Part shown: piece by piece, positions 36,625-44,994 of the stretch | How the letters are laid out: each line of letters begins with the position of its first letter | Numbering within the stretch: position 1 is the stretch's first letter | NCBI GenBank assembly: GCA_018697035.1 | Contig: JABHSE010000004.1 | Span: forward strand, 63,122-127,121 | Length of the DNA: 64,000 bases | Reading direction: 5' to 3' | DNA from: an archaeon | Lineage (GTDB): Archaea > Nanobdellota > Nanobdellia > Pacearchaeales > GW2011-AR1 | Position numbers and translations under genes: made by a program | The notes under the pieces: model-generated | What the model saw: the letters and a program-made list of their open reading frames with translations, nothing else | Database searches by the model: none | Told to the model about the DNA's origin: nothing

Positions 36625-37290
36625 TTAGAACACAACACAATCTCGAATCTCACTCGAACTCATCCCAACCGTCTCCCCAAACGCCTTCCGCCCCTTCTCA
36701 TCAACAACACCATCCTTATCCAAAACCAAACTAGCAATCTTAATAGAACATCCAACTTTCCGACAAACCTTCACATTCTGAATAATCTTAGCAATCCTCA
36801 TAGCTTTTTCTTTCCCACATAAAGAAGCAATATCTCCAAAATCAACAACAATACTCACACCTTTGCCCGATGAAGATGGAACTTTCCCAGAAGTTCCCAA
36901 TTTAGAGGGTACACTATTACGTGTCGCCGCCATCTTCGCAACAACATGATTCAACCCCGAATCCCTCTGCTTCAAATTATCAAACTTAGTCAAAGCCTCA
37001 ACCGAAACCAGATAATCAATCTTCAAACTCTCAATCACTCTCCGATTAAAAGCATCATCCCCACCAAAAATCCCAACCTTACCCTTAAATCCTTTATCTC
37101 TAAGCGACGCAATAATACTCCTAGCCATCTTTTCATTGGAACGAATCAAAAATCCATCACAACCGGGGTCAGCAGAGTCATGCCCAATTGGGGCCATATC
37201 ATTCAAATCATCCTTACTAGAAACCTCTCTAAGATAAACAGAATCCTTACAACGAAACAAATTCAAATCTTTCATAACAACCCAAACCAA
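36625..37290 (-). CDS. rnp3: RNase P protein component 3 (Rpp30 homolog)
   Basis: TIM-barrel-like pattern with DSGLNHVVAKMAA...GVSIVVDF...IQNVKVCRKVGCSIKIAS, colinear with archaeal Rpp30. Confidence 0.7.
   Translation of the reverse strand: MVWVVMKDLNLFRCKDSVYLREVSSKDDLNDMAPIGHDSADPGCDGFLIRSNEKMARSIIASLRDKGFKGKVGIFGGDDAFNRRVIESLKIDYLVSVEALTKFDNLKQRDSGLNHVVAKMAATRNSVPSKLGTSGKVPSSSGKGVSIVVDFGDIASLCGKEKAMRIAKIIQNVKVCRKVGCSIKIASLVLDKDGVVDEKGRKAFGETVGMSSSEIRDCVVF
36863..36924 (-). repeat. F1 in-frame repeat copy in rnp3
   Basis: ttgcccgatgaagatggaactttcccagaagttcccaatttagagggtacactattacgtgt encodes TRNSVPSKLGTSGKVPSSSGK. About 56 of 62 nt are identical to the pheS copy by manual alignment. Confidence 0.9.
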
Positions 37291-37323
37291 AACAATTATA
37301 TAAATCTATTCTGAAACAAAAAC

Positions 37324-37746
37324 ATGAACCTCTACTACATCGCCCCAAAAGAATCAAGAGACTCAATCCTAAAAAACGGAATCCTCCCACCGCAAGAAGT
37401 CTTAGAGTTAATCAAACAAGGCAAACTCGACAAAGAAGTCCTAGGCGTCTCATACTCAATCGACTCATCGAACTTCCCACAACACGTATCCCTCATAGAA
37501 AATCCCAACATAGCCACAACAGTCGCCCAACAAATATGCTTCGCAAAAACAGGCCTATACACAGACCCAGAATTCATGGCAATAGGATACGTAATAAAAC
37601 CCGAAATAAGAGAACATAAAGAATTCATCAATCAAGAAACAGTAAGACAAATGCACTCCGACCCATACCCTTCTGAAGTTTTATATCACGGAAAAATCCC
37701 ACTAGAATTTATAGAAAAAAGACAGTTCGCAGCAAGAACACATTAG
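37324..37746 (+). CDS. hypothetical protein
   Basis: 140-aa ORF. Confidence 0.5.
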   Translation: MNLYYIAPKESRDSILKNGILPPQEVLELIKQGKLDKEVLGVSYSIDSSNFPQHVSLIENPNIATTVAQQICFAKTGLYTDPEFMAIGYVIKPEIREHKEFINQETVRQMHSDPYPSEVLYHGKIPLEFIEKRQFAARTH

Positions 37747-37985
37747 TATCCCAAAACCTCATCCACACAATCCCCATCAACAGAGTAAGCCCTCTCACCC
37801 TTATCATAATAACGCACAATCCGAATCATCTTCTTTCCCTTAGGAATACCCTCCCCACAAAAATAACACGCATCCCCATAAGAAAAACCCTCAACACAAA
37901 CAACCTCAATATCAAAAGGATCATTCAATCTCTCAACTAACATTTCCCGAGTCTTCTCGTAAGCGCCACCAATATCCCATACCAT
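37743..37985 (-). CDS. hypothetical small Cys-containing protein
   Basis: 80-aa ORF. Confidence 0.4.
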   Translation of the reverse strand: MVWDIGGAYEKTREMLVERLNDPFDIEVVCVEGFSYGDACYFCGEGIPKGKKMIRIVRYYDKGERAYSVDGDCVDEVLGY

Positions 37986-38018
37986 ATAATATCAAGCACA
38001 AAAATACCAATTAAATAT

Positions 38019-38696
38019 TTATCCCCTAATCAAAGTCCCAACAAACCTCTTACCCCTAATCACAGAATCCATAGCCTTCAATGACCCAACAATATAACAA
38101 TCAATCCGCCTCTTCAAAATCTCCTCAGCCGCAACCAAATCCAAAACAAAATGCTGCCCCGCCTTATACTTAACCTTCCGAGCAACCTTCAAAAAATCCT
38201 TCCAACTAATCTTAGAAATAAATCGAGCACCCTTCCGAGCAGGATCCCTATCATAAAGCCCCCGAACATTAGTCAAATTAATAAACGAACACTCAAGATA
38301 CCCAGCCAACTGAGCCGCATTCCCATCACTAGTATTCTTATCCTTCCATCTCAAGGCCCCACAAAACACAACCCGATTCTTCCCAAGCAAACCCTTAACG
38401 CTCTTCATACTCCTAGGCACAACCTCATTCGCCTCCCTCCCAAAAAACCTCGCCATAAATCCAGCATGAAACCTAGTAATCGCAATCCCCTCCTCACTCT
38501 GATCCCTCAAACTCTTACCCAACTTCCGAAACGCAGAAATATACCGCCGAGCACTCGAACCCCCACCACAAACAACAACGAACCTCTTATCCTTATGAGA
38601 ATCAATCAACTTATGAAACTTCCTCAAAAAAACATAATCAACATCATCCGGAACAATCCGACTCCCGCCAAGCGAAATCACCCACACATCTTTCAT
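38019..38696 (-). CDS. pyrH: UMP kinase (archaeal type)
   Basis: Amino-acid-kinase fold: VISLGGS..., VVVCGGGSSAR; 225 aa. Confidence 0.75.
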   Translation of the reverse strand: MKDVWVISLGGSRIVPDDVDYVFLRKFHKLIDSHKDKRFVVVCGGGSSARRYISAFRKLGKSLRDQSEEGIAITRFHAGFMARFFGREANEVVPRSMKSVKGLLGKNRVVFCGALRWKDKNTSDGNAAQLAGYLECSFINLTNVRGLYDRDPARKGARFISKISWKDFLKVARKVKYKAGQHFVLDLVAAEEILKRRIDCYIVGSLKAMDSVIRGKRFVGTLIRG

Positions 38697-38745
38697 AAAA
38701 ATACAAAACCAAAAGACTTTATAACCTTAGTCACAAGAAAAATTA

Positions 38746-39060
38746 ATGGATACAAAGACTATTTTATACCTAGAAGATGCGGAAAAAGGCTCCTGTCTGC
38801 ATTGTACATACGGGGTAATAGTCCCACAAGGAGACAATAACACAATAGATTTTGCTAAATGTCAAGCCCTAATGAAACAACATGAAAAACCAATATTCAA
38901 TTTTAACCTATATGATGAATATGCAGGATACCTTCCCAAAGAGGGCAGTATCCTCTCAGCAACAGATAGGCCATGCTCAGAAAACAGGAAAAACTTATTC
39001 AAAATAGCTGAAAGATTCAATGAAAACTTTGAACTAAAACATCTATCTAAGAACAAATAA
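38746..39060 (+). CDS. hypothetical protein
   Basis: 104-aa ORF. Confidence 0.45.
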   Translation: MDTKTILYLEDAEKGSCLHCTYGVIVPQGDNNTIDFAKCQALMKQHEKPIFNFNLYDEYAGYLPKEGSILSATDRPCSENRKNLFKIAERFNENFELKHLSKNK

Positions 39061-39067
39061 AACTATC

Positions 39068-39160
39068 ACAAGCGCGAACTAAGAGCGCAAAAACAAACCT
39101 ACCACCCACAAGCGAAGCGACCTACCACCTACTACCTCGAGAACAAAGTTCTCGCGCATC
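39068..39160. repeat. GC-rich intergenic element (family F3)
   Basis: GCGC...GCGC hairpin, CCACCCACAAGCGAAGCG (39102-39119), and perfect 7-bp hairpin CGAGAAC-AAA-GTTCTCG (39138-39154). Confidence 0.6.
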
Positions 39161-39213
39161 TTTCATATCCCAAAAAGTAGAACATAATTTATATACATTC
39201 TGGTCAAACCAAA

Positions 39214-39516
39214 CTACTTCTCCAACTCACTTTGCTCACTCAACCTATTCCGCCTAGAAGCCGAAGCAGCCATATCTCCAACAACACCTCCCATACCCGC
39301 AACATAAACAGGAGCAACAATCGTACTAATATTCAAAAACAAAGATCCACCCCAAGCAAACAATTCCTCCGCAGGATTACCATTAAGTCCCAGAAAAATA
39401 GTATACCTTATAGCCACAATCGGAGCCAACGCACCACCAACCATCCCACCATAAACCATAGCCTTCTCCCCAACACTATAATCCGGAAACTCCATTATCT
39501 CATTCATAATTCCCAT
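39214..39516 (-). CDS. small membrane protein
   Basis: 100-aa ORF, Gly-rich TM segments. Confidence 0.45.
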   Translation of the reverse strand: MGIMNEIMEFPDYSVGEKAMVYGGMVGGALAPIVAIRYTIFLGLNGNPAEELFAWGGSLFLNISTIVAPVYVAGMGGVVGDMAASASRRNRLSEQSELEK

Positions 39517-39578
39517 AAAATACCATCAAGAATACATCTTATAAATATTAGCATTTTAATTATCACAAATCCCACAGC

Positions 39579-39872
39579 CTAATCAACAACACAAGAACCC
39601 AAATCCATCCCATCCAAAACTCGCCCCGCACTATACTCATTCCCACCACGAACAAGCTCCCTCGCAACATCACACCTTTTCCCATCATCCTCCAAGCCCC
39701 TAGCATATATAGCCGCGCCAGAAGGATTATAGTCAACAAGAGCCAAGCAAACACCATAAAGCAAATTCTGATCTTTAACTTCCGGAGTAGACAAAGTTTT
39801 GAAATCATCAGCACAAGCAATCCCGCCAAGCGCCAACAATCCTCCAACGAGCCCAACAATCTTTCTTCTCAT
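39579..39872 (-). CDS. small secreted protein
   Basis: 97-aa ORF with a signal-like N-terminus. Confidence 0.45.
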   Translation of the reverse strand: MRRKIVGLVGGLLALGGIACADDFKTLSTPEVKDQNLLYGVCLALVDYNPSGAAIYARGLEDDGKRCDVARELVRGGNEYSAGRVLDGMDLGSCVVD

Positions 39873-39932
39873 AAAACTACAACTCGAAATTACATTAAAA
39901 ACATTATTGCACTAGACTATCTAATCCAAAAA

Positions 39933-40223
39933 TTATCGAACAGTAAAAAGTTGATCATCCGTCACATCAAAAACCCCAGTCCGAACCCCACAATCCAACC
40001 ACCCATGAGCATAATTCAAAGCCGCAAACGCCAAAACCCATTTCCCCTCACCCTCGAAATGCCGCGCATCACTAAGATAATTCGCAACCATATCAATAAT
40101 CTCCTTAGCCTCACTCTCTTTCCCACTAATCACATGCTCCTTAACCTCAACGAGCCCCCGACTAGTCAAATCAAAATACCGATCCAACCTCTTCCGAGTA
40201 ATCTCATTATCCATAAAAAACAC
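39933..40223 (-). CDS. DUF357-like protein
   Basis: Helical protein of about 96 aa with the ...ALNYAHGWLDCGVRTG motif. Confidence 0.5.
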   Translation of the reverse strand: MFFMDNEITRKRLDRYFDLTSRGLVEVKEHVISGKESEAKEIIDMVANYLSDARHFEGEGKWVLAFAALNYAHGWLDCGVRTGVFDVTDDQLFTVR

Positions 40224-40264
40224 AAAACAGCAACTTATTTAAATTTACTGAAACAAGAAAAAAT

Positions 40265-40582
40265 ATGTCAAAACAAACAATCCACACAAGGCAACATAAG
40301 GCAACACTGTACGAAATAACAGAAGCAAATTATAAGTCCGAGGAACATTACGAAGATGGAACCCACCAAAGAATGGAGACAGAAAAGGTAGTAGCTGTGT
40401 CTGAGTTTGATCTTTTCAAGGCAATAGAGGAAGGTGCAGAAAGTGAAGGTTTCAAAAAAATAGACTCAGACGAAGATTCCATAACTTGCACAAATCCCCA
40501 AGGAAGATACAGAACGTATACCGCAGAGATAGAAGAAGACGGAATAGTAAAAATAATTCTCGGACTTAATTTTAAACAATAA
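40265..40582 (+). CDS. hypothetical protein
   Basis: 105-aa ORF. Confidence 0.45.
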   Translation: MSKQTIHTRQHKATLYEITEANYKSEEHYEDGTHQRMETEKVVAVSEFDLFKAIEEGAESEGFKKIDSDEDSITCTNPQGRYRTYTAEIEEDGIVKIILGLNFKQ

Positions 40583-40636
40583 TAAATTTTAAACTCGAGC
40601 GCAGCCCTTCCTATACTCCCAACTCTAAACCACAAC

Positions 40637-41329
40637 TTACTCAAGCAAATTATAAGCCGTAACCTTCCGAATCAAAAATCTAGAACCAATCGTCTTAGAA
40701 ATAACAGCATTAACAGAAAACTCACTAATCGACGCCCGAAAAACTCCCTCAAGCAACGGAATATGCGCTTCATCAGCAACCTTCCCCAAAATATCACCAA
40801 TCTCCTTCTCAGACAAAGCAACCCGAGTCGTCTGTCTCTGCCCAGCACGAATAACCGTAATCGACTTCTCAGCACCCTTGCAGTCAATACTAGAAACCGA
40901 AGGATCACCAAGCAAAGGCGCAATCTTTCCATAACCATCAGTATCTATAGTCACAGCCCCCGACTCAACAACAGGAGAAAGACGAATAGGCGGATTAACT
41001 GTTTCAATATGAGCCCTCGGAACAATCGGCATACGTCGAGCAATCGGTTTCTCAATCGGAGCAATTAACTCACTCATTCTCATACTCTCAAACCCATCTC
41101 TCTTAGGCGCAACATCCACAACCTCCTCCCTCTTATCAATCAACAACGGACGTTCAGCCATAGAAGCCATCATTACTCTCTCTGAAACCTTAGGAACTAA
41201 ATCAGCATGAATAACATCCCTTTTTTCGTAGTTTAAATTCGCAGACCTTATATTCTGAATGATAGAAAAAACAAAGCGCCTAAAAAAAGGATGCACAGAA
41301 ATCAATGAAACATCACTAGAGCCCATCAA
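40637..41329 (-). CDS. protein resembling only the N-terminal domain of FlaI/VirB11-type secretion ATPases
   Basis: LLGDPSVSSIDCKG...ITVIRAGQRQTT...LSEKEIGDILGKVA...RFLIRK resembles the pre-Walker-A region. No P-loop is present. Confidence 0.45.
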   Translation of the reverse strand: MMGSSDVSLISVHPFFRRFVFSIIQNIRSANLNYEKRDVIHADLVPKVSERVMMASMAERPLLIDKREEVVDVAPKRDGFESMRMSELIAPIEKPIARRMPIVPRAHIETVNPPIRLSPVVESGAVTIDTDGYGKIAPLLGDPSVSSIDCKGAEKSITVIRAGQRQTTRVALSEKEIGDILGKVADEAHIPLLEGVFRASISEFSVNAVISKTIGSRFLIRKVTAYNLLE

Positions 41330-41793
41330 ATACTCGGAAGCGGTTTCGGTCTAATAGGAGGAGTTTGCGGCCTAGGCATCATCACCTGTGGTTCCTCACT
41401 TCGTCCCCTCAACTTCCCCTCCATCAAAACTAAACCTTTCGCAATCGTCTTATTTTGATTCAACAACGAATCAATCTTATCCAACATCTCCTTATCATCA
41501 GGCTTCCCTCCCGACATAAAATTCTTAGCACTCTCCTCAAAAATTTGCAACAACTTAGATATATTATCACTCAAAGCTCCAAACTTAACTGACATATTAG
41601 TCATCGCATGCTGCAGTCCAACAAAATTCTCAATCAATAATTCCTCTCTTTCTTTCGCCGTCATCTTCTTAGCTCGAACAACTTTCTTCTTAACAACGGT
41701 TTCCTTAGGCGCATGTTCCTTGACAATAGTTTTCCGATTACCCTCATCATCAACAGTCTCAGTCGTCACCTTCTTCACCACACTCTTTGTCAT
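41326..41793 (-). CDS. hypothetical coiled-coil protein
   Basis: 155-aa ORF with a 4-nt overlap with the downstream gene. Confidence 0.5.
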   Translation of the reverse strand: MTKSVVKKVTTETVDDEGNRKTIVKEHAPKETVVKKKVVRAKKMTAKEREELLIENFVGLQHAMTNMSVKFGALSDNISKLLQIFEESAKNFMSGGKPDDKEMLDKIDSLLNQNKTIAKGLVLMEGKLRGRSEEPQVMMPRPQTPPIRPKPLPSI

Positions 41794-41954
41794 AATACAA
41801 ACACGAACACATTATTTATAAAAGTATTGACTACTCAGTTCTAACAAATTATAATTCTAAAACAAAAAATGGGCCCAGGAGGAATCACACCAAGCAAAGC
41901 GAAGGAAGTCCCTGTGGGAAACCCCAGGTTTGGACCTCCTGCTCCGGACCAGAA

Positions 41955-42025
41955 TGGGCCCAGGAGGAATCAAACCCCCGCCCCCCGGGCTGGAGCCAGG
42001 TAGACTATCATTATCCGATGGACCC
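41955..42025 (-). tRNA. tRNA-Trp(CCA)
   Basis: Hand fold of the reverse complement: GGGTCCA-TC-GGAT-AATGATA-GTCT-A-CCTGG-CTCCAGC-CCGGG-GGGC-GGGGG-TTTGATT-CCTCC-TGGGCCC-A. The D loop is atypical. Confidence 0.7.
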
Positions 42026-42090
42026 AATGATAAAACAAAATAGAACACCCAACTTTTAAAGATTACTACAATTCGCCAACTCGGGCGAAG

Positions 42091-42125
42091 CCCAACTCCC
42101 AACCCCAAACACCCAACTCCTAACC
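42091..42125. repeat. F2-related C-rich (CCCAACTCC) intergenic tract
   Basis: cccaactcccaaccccaaacacccaactcctaacc. Confidence 0.5.
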
Positions 42126-42130
42126 AGAAA

Positions 42131-42847
42131 TTAGCTAGCTAATTTCTTCATCTCTTCAATCTCCACGCTAGAAATCGCACAGCCCTTAAACTTAACCCCA
42201 TATAACAAAGCATCCAGCAACTCCTTATTACGTTTCCCAGAATCACCCAAAATCAGATCCTTCTTCCAAGCAACATACAACAACTCAGCACTCCGAATAA
42301 ACTTAAACCTCTTCCACCCATCAATCAAACTCAAAGTAGAATCAAGCGGTGTATGAAACTTCCTCTCCATCATCTCCTCCAACTTATCAGGCGCCTCCGT
42401 CAACATCCGCGTCGTCCTCTCATCAATCACAATCACACAGTCACCGGGCCCAGCAGAGGTCATGCCGTTTGAGGCCTTAACCAAATTAATAAAAGCCAAG
42501 CAAGCAGCCTCACCTTCCTGAATAATCGCAATCTTCGCCCCCGTCGCTGTCGACCTCAAAACCCCATTCGCACTCTTCAAAACCTTCTTAGTCTCCTTAT
42601 CTAACTTCTGATTCGAAACAATATCCCCACTCATCTTAAACACACCCCGCTCAATCATATCCGTAACCTGCAAAGCCTCCAGTTTAAACTTCTTAATCTT
42701 CATCGGTCTATCAACTACCTCACGCTTCACTGCCGGAGTCAAAATAAACTCGCCATCAAAAACCGACTTCAACTTCTCAATCACAGGAAGCATCCCATTC
42801 ATAGTAAGAGAAATTATCGGCCCAGCATCAAAAACTAAATATTTCAT
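42131..42847 (-). CDS. hypothetical protein (possibly PIN-like N-terminus)
   Basis: 238-aa ORF beginning YLVFDAGPIISL. Confidence 0.45.
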   Translation of the reverse strand: MKYLVFDAGPIISLTMNGMLPVIEKLKSVFDGEFILTPAVKREVVDRPMKIKKFKLEALQVTDMIERGVFKMSGDIVSNQKLDKETKKVLKSANGVLRSTATGAKIAIIQEGEAACLAFINLVKASNGMTSAGPGDCVIVIDERTTRMLTEAPDKLEEMMERKFHTPLDSTLSLIDGWKRFKFIRSAELLYVAWKKDLILGDSGKRNKELLDALLYGVKFKGCAISSVEIEEMKKLAS

Positions 42848-43254
42848 TTTCCAAACCTCTTAGTATTCCAATACTCATTTAGATATGTAATCTTATCGCC
42901 ACGCATTTTCAAAATCATTATCCCAACCATTCGCCCACTTTCCCACTTTCCCTTTCCCCTATATTCATTCTTACATTCCCACTCCGCAAACCCAGTTTTT
43001 TCATCTTTAGACAAATAACGTTTCCCGGTCTTGAATTTTATCTTACGAGTATTCTTCACAACAATCGAATCCCAAAACTTCGCAATCGCTTTATGCCCGA
43101 CATAAGGTTTCGCCAACGGACTCTCTTGATATTTCCCAGTCTTAGTAAAACATTCCAAAATCAAATCAGTATCCTTCTTTTCCCAAGCGTCCCCATACTT
43201 TTTCATCACAGCTTTTATTTGTTTAATATTCATTTCTCTATCGTGCCCTCCCAT
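42844..43254 (-). CDS. SnoaL/NTF2-like fold protein
   Basis: About 136 aa with a YGDAWEKKD...ECFT...FWDS pattern. Confidence 0.5.
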   Translation of the reverse strand: MGGHDREMNIKQIKAVMKKYGDAWEKKDTDLILECFTKTGKYQESPLAKPYVGHKAIAKFWDSIVVKNTRKIKFKTGKRYLSKDEKTGFAEWECKNEYRGKGKWESGRMVGIMILKMRGDKITYLNEYWNTKRFGK

Positions 43255-43649
43255 GCATAAGGTAGCAATTCCTTCAATTTAACTTTCTTCGACTTAGAAA
43301 CTATAACTTCAGTATCCCAATTCTTTTTACTTAACTGGTGAAGCATTTCTCTACATTTCCCACACGGAGGGATAACTTCATATTTCCTGTTTTTTTTATT
43401 GTAATAAACCGCAACTATTGTTTTGATATATTTTTCACCATCACTAATCATAGAACCTATTGCCTGATATTCCCCACAAGAACCAATCCCACAATAAAAT
43501 CCAAGAGAAACTCCTCGAAAAATGTTCCCATTAGAAGTTATCAAAGCTGCACCAACATCACCAGTATCAATAAGATTAACAGAACTAGATTTTACGATAA
43601 CATTCTCGGCTTTTTTGATAAGCATTTTATCCTCTTTTGTTAATTTCAT
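43230..43649 (-). CDS. cytidine deaminase-like zinc enzyme
   Basis: SCGEYQA (C-x-E) and PPCGKCREML (PCxxC) zinc-ligand motifs. Confidence 0.6.
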   Translation of the reverse strand: MKLTKEDKMLIKKAENVIVKSSSVNLIDTGDVGAALITSNGNIFRGVSLGFYCGIGSCGEYQAIGSMISDGEKYIKTIVAVYYNKKNRKYEVIPPCGKCREMLHQLSKKNWDTEVIVSKSKKVKLKELLPYAWEGTIEK

Positions 43650-44206
43650 CCAAAAAACTCCTCCGCAATCTTAACTCTCTCCTCAACCGGCATCGAAATC
43701 GCAATCTTAGAATTCCCAATATGCGACTGCCCAATATAACTAGCCATATCCCAAAGTGAAACCCCCAACAACTCCGCTGTAGCAGACGAAGACAAACCAT
43801 GCTCATACAACTTAAACGCCTTATTAATTTCAGCCTTCCGAAAAACATCACTAATATAATGTCCCAAATCTCCCTCAATCTCATTCAAAGAATGCCGAAT
43901 CGCACCCAAATTTTTCCGCGCTCCTTCTGTATCCTTCTTATCCAAAGCCACAACAGCCTCCCCCAAATTCTTAACAACAGCCTCGTAAAACACACTCCAT
44001 CCCTCCATATCTCGATAATGAGCACGCTCCATAACCTTCCCCAAAGAATAAACCAAGACCGCAACAACGATATTATCCGCATCCTTAGAAATCGCCGCAA
44101 CATGAATCGTCTGATTAGATAAACTCTTCAACTCATTCGCCTTATCTTCCTCAATAAACTGCTTCGCCGACCTCAATATCCGCAAAACATTCTCAACCTC
44201 TTCCAT
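43646..44206 (-). CDS. hypothetical protein with C-terminal HTH-like segment (start trimmed to MEEVENV)
   Basis: The track ORF extends to 44278 and overlaps the divergent PIN gene. An ATG lies at 44204-44206. Confidence 0.5.
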   Translation of the reverse strand: MEEVENVLRILRSAKQFIEEDKANELKSLSNQTIHVAAISKDADNIVVAVLVYSLGKVMERAHYRDMEGWSVFYEAVVKNLGEAVVALDKKDTEGARKNLGAIRHSLNEIEGDLGHYISDVFRKAEINKAFKLYEHGLSSSATAELLGVSLWDMASYIGQSHIGNSKIAISMPVEERVKIAEEFFG

Positions 44207-44256
44207 AAATAATCCAATAACCCAACTTATATAAATCTTCTTAACATTATCCAACC

Positions 44257-44640
44257 ATGCAAATCCTACTAGACACAAACTTCGTCATAACAACAACAAA
44301 GCAAAAAATAAACATCCAAGAAAAAATCAACAAAGCAACTTCAGAACCAATAGAATGGATAATCCCCCAAGACGTCCTAAACGAACTCGGCAACATTAAA
44401 GATAGAAAAGAAACCTCTCCTAAAGACAGAGCGGCAGCAGAGCTAACATTCCAAATTATACAAGACCTAAAACCAACAGTTGTAGAACTCAAAGGCAAAA
44501 ACCCGAACGTAGATATAAAGATAGTAAACTACATTCTAGACAAACCAATCATCTTAGCAACCCTAGACAAAAACCTAAAATCAAGAGTTAAAAACAAAAT
44601 CCTAACAATAAGAGGAAAGAAAAACCTAGAAATAACTTAA
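44257..44640 (+). CDS. PIN-domain nuclease (Fcf1/Utp24-like)
   Basis: ILLDTNFV..., IPQDVLNEL, and a conserved D in ATLDKNLK. Confidence 0.65.
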   Translation: MQILLDTNFVITTTKQKINIQEKINKATSEPIEWIIPQDVLNELGNIKDRKETSPKDRAAAELTFQIIQDLKPTVVELKGKNPNVDIKIVNYILDKPIILATLDKNLKSRVKNKILTIRGKKNLEIT

Positions 44641-44987
44641 TCTGTTTTGTTGATTCGTTGTTCAAGAATCTCAGTCCACATAATAGCTCTCTGTAACGTC
44701 ATTGCTCTACGAGTTTGCTCTCTTGCCGCAGCAGGAAATAGACTGGAACTTTTAGATTGTTCATCACGATATTTTTCTTTAAATCTTTTTAACGCTGCCA
44801 TCTCAATCTTTTCAAAATCTTGCGCAGCAGTCTCACCAAACTTCTTTTTCAAATCCTCTATAGATTCTTTAACAAGTCCCAAATAGTAATCCTCCGAATA
44901 AGCAGACACTCCAGAGTCCCCATAATGTCTAAACGCCATACATCCCCAAGACATAGAAACTTTATAATAATTTGTATACCACACCAT
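44637..44987 (-). CDS. hypothetical protein
   Basis: 116-aa ORF. Confidence 0.45.
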   Translation of the reverse strand: MVWYTNYYKVSMSWGCMAFRHYGDSGVSAYSEDYYLGLVKESIEDLKKKFGETAAQDFEKIEMAALKRFKEKYRDEQSKSSSLFPAAAREQTRRAMTLQRAIMWTEILEQRINKTD

Positions 44988-44994
44988 CTAATAT

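Noticed and set aside
36851-36940. F1 element as a bulge-helix-bulge (BHB) intron in mRNAs
   Set aside because: I could not draw the 3-nt bulge / 4-bp helix / 3-nt bulge geometry in any copy. All coding copies are stop-free in the host frame. The flank complementarity GAAGATGG/CCATCTTC exists only in the rnp3 copy. Not formally excluded without RNA data.
41857-42108. 83-aa minus-strand ORF
   Set aside because: It overlaps tRNA-Trp and its duplicated 3' end. The GC-rich tRNA sequence explains the open frame.
43646-44640. Divergent HTH protein and PIN protein as a toxin-antitoxin pair
   Set aside because: The PIN protein looks like the conserved archaeal Fcf1/Utp24-type rRNA-processing nuclease. 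The genes are divergent, not co-transcribed.
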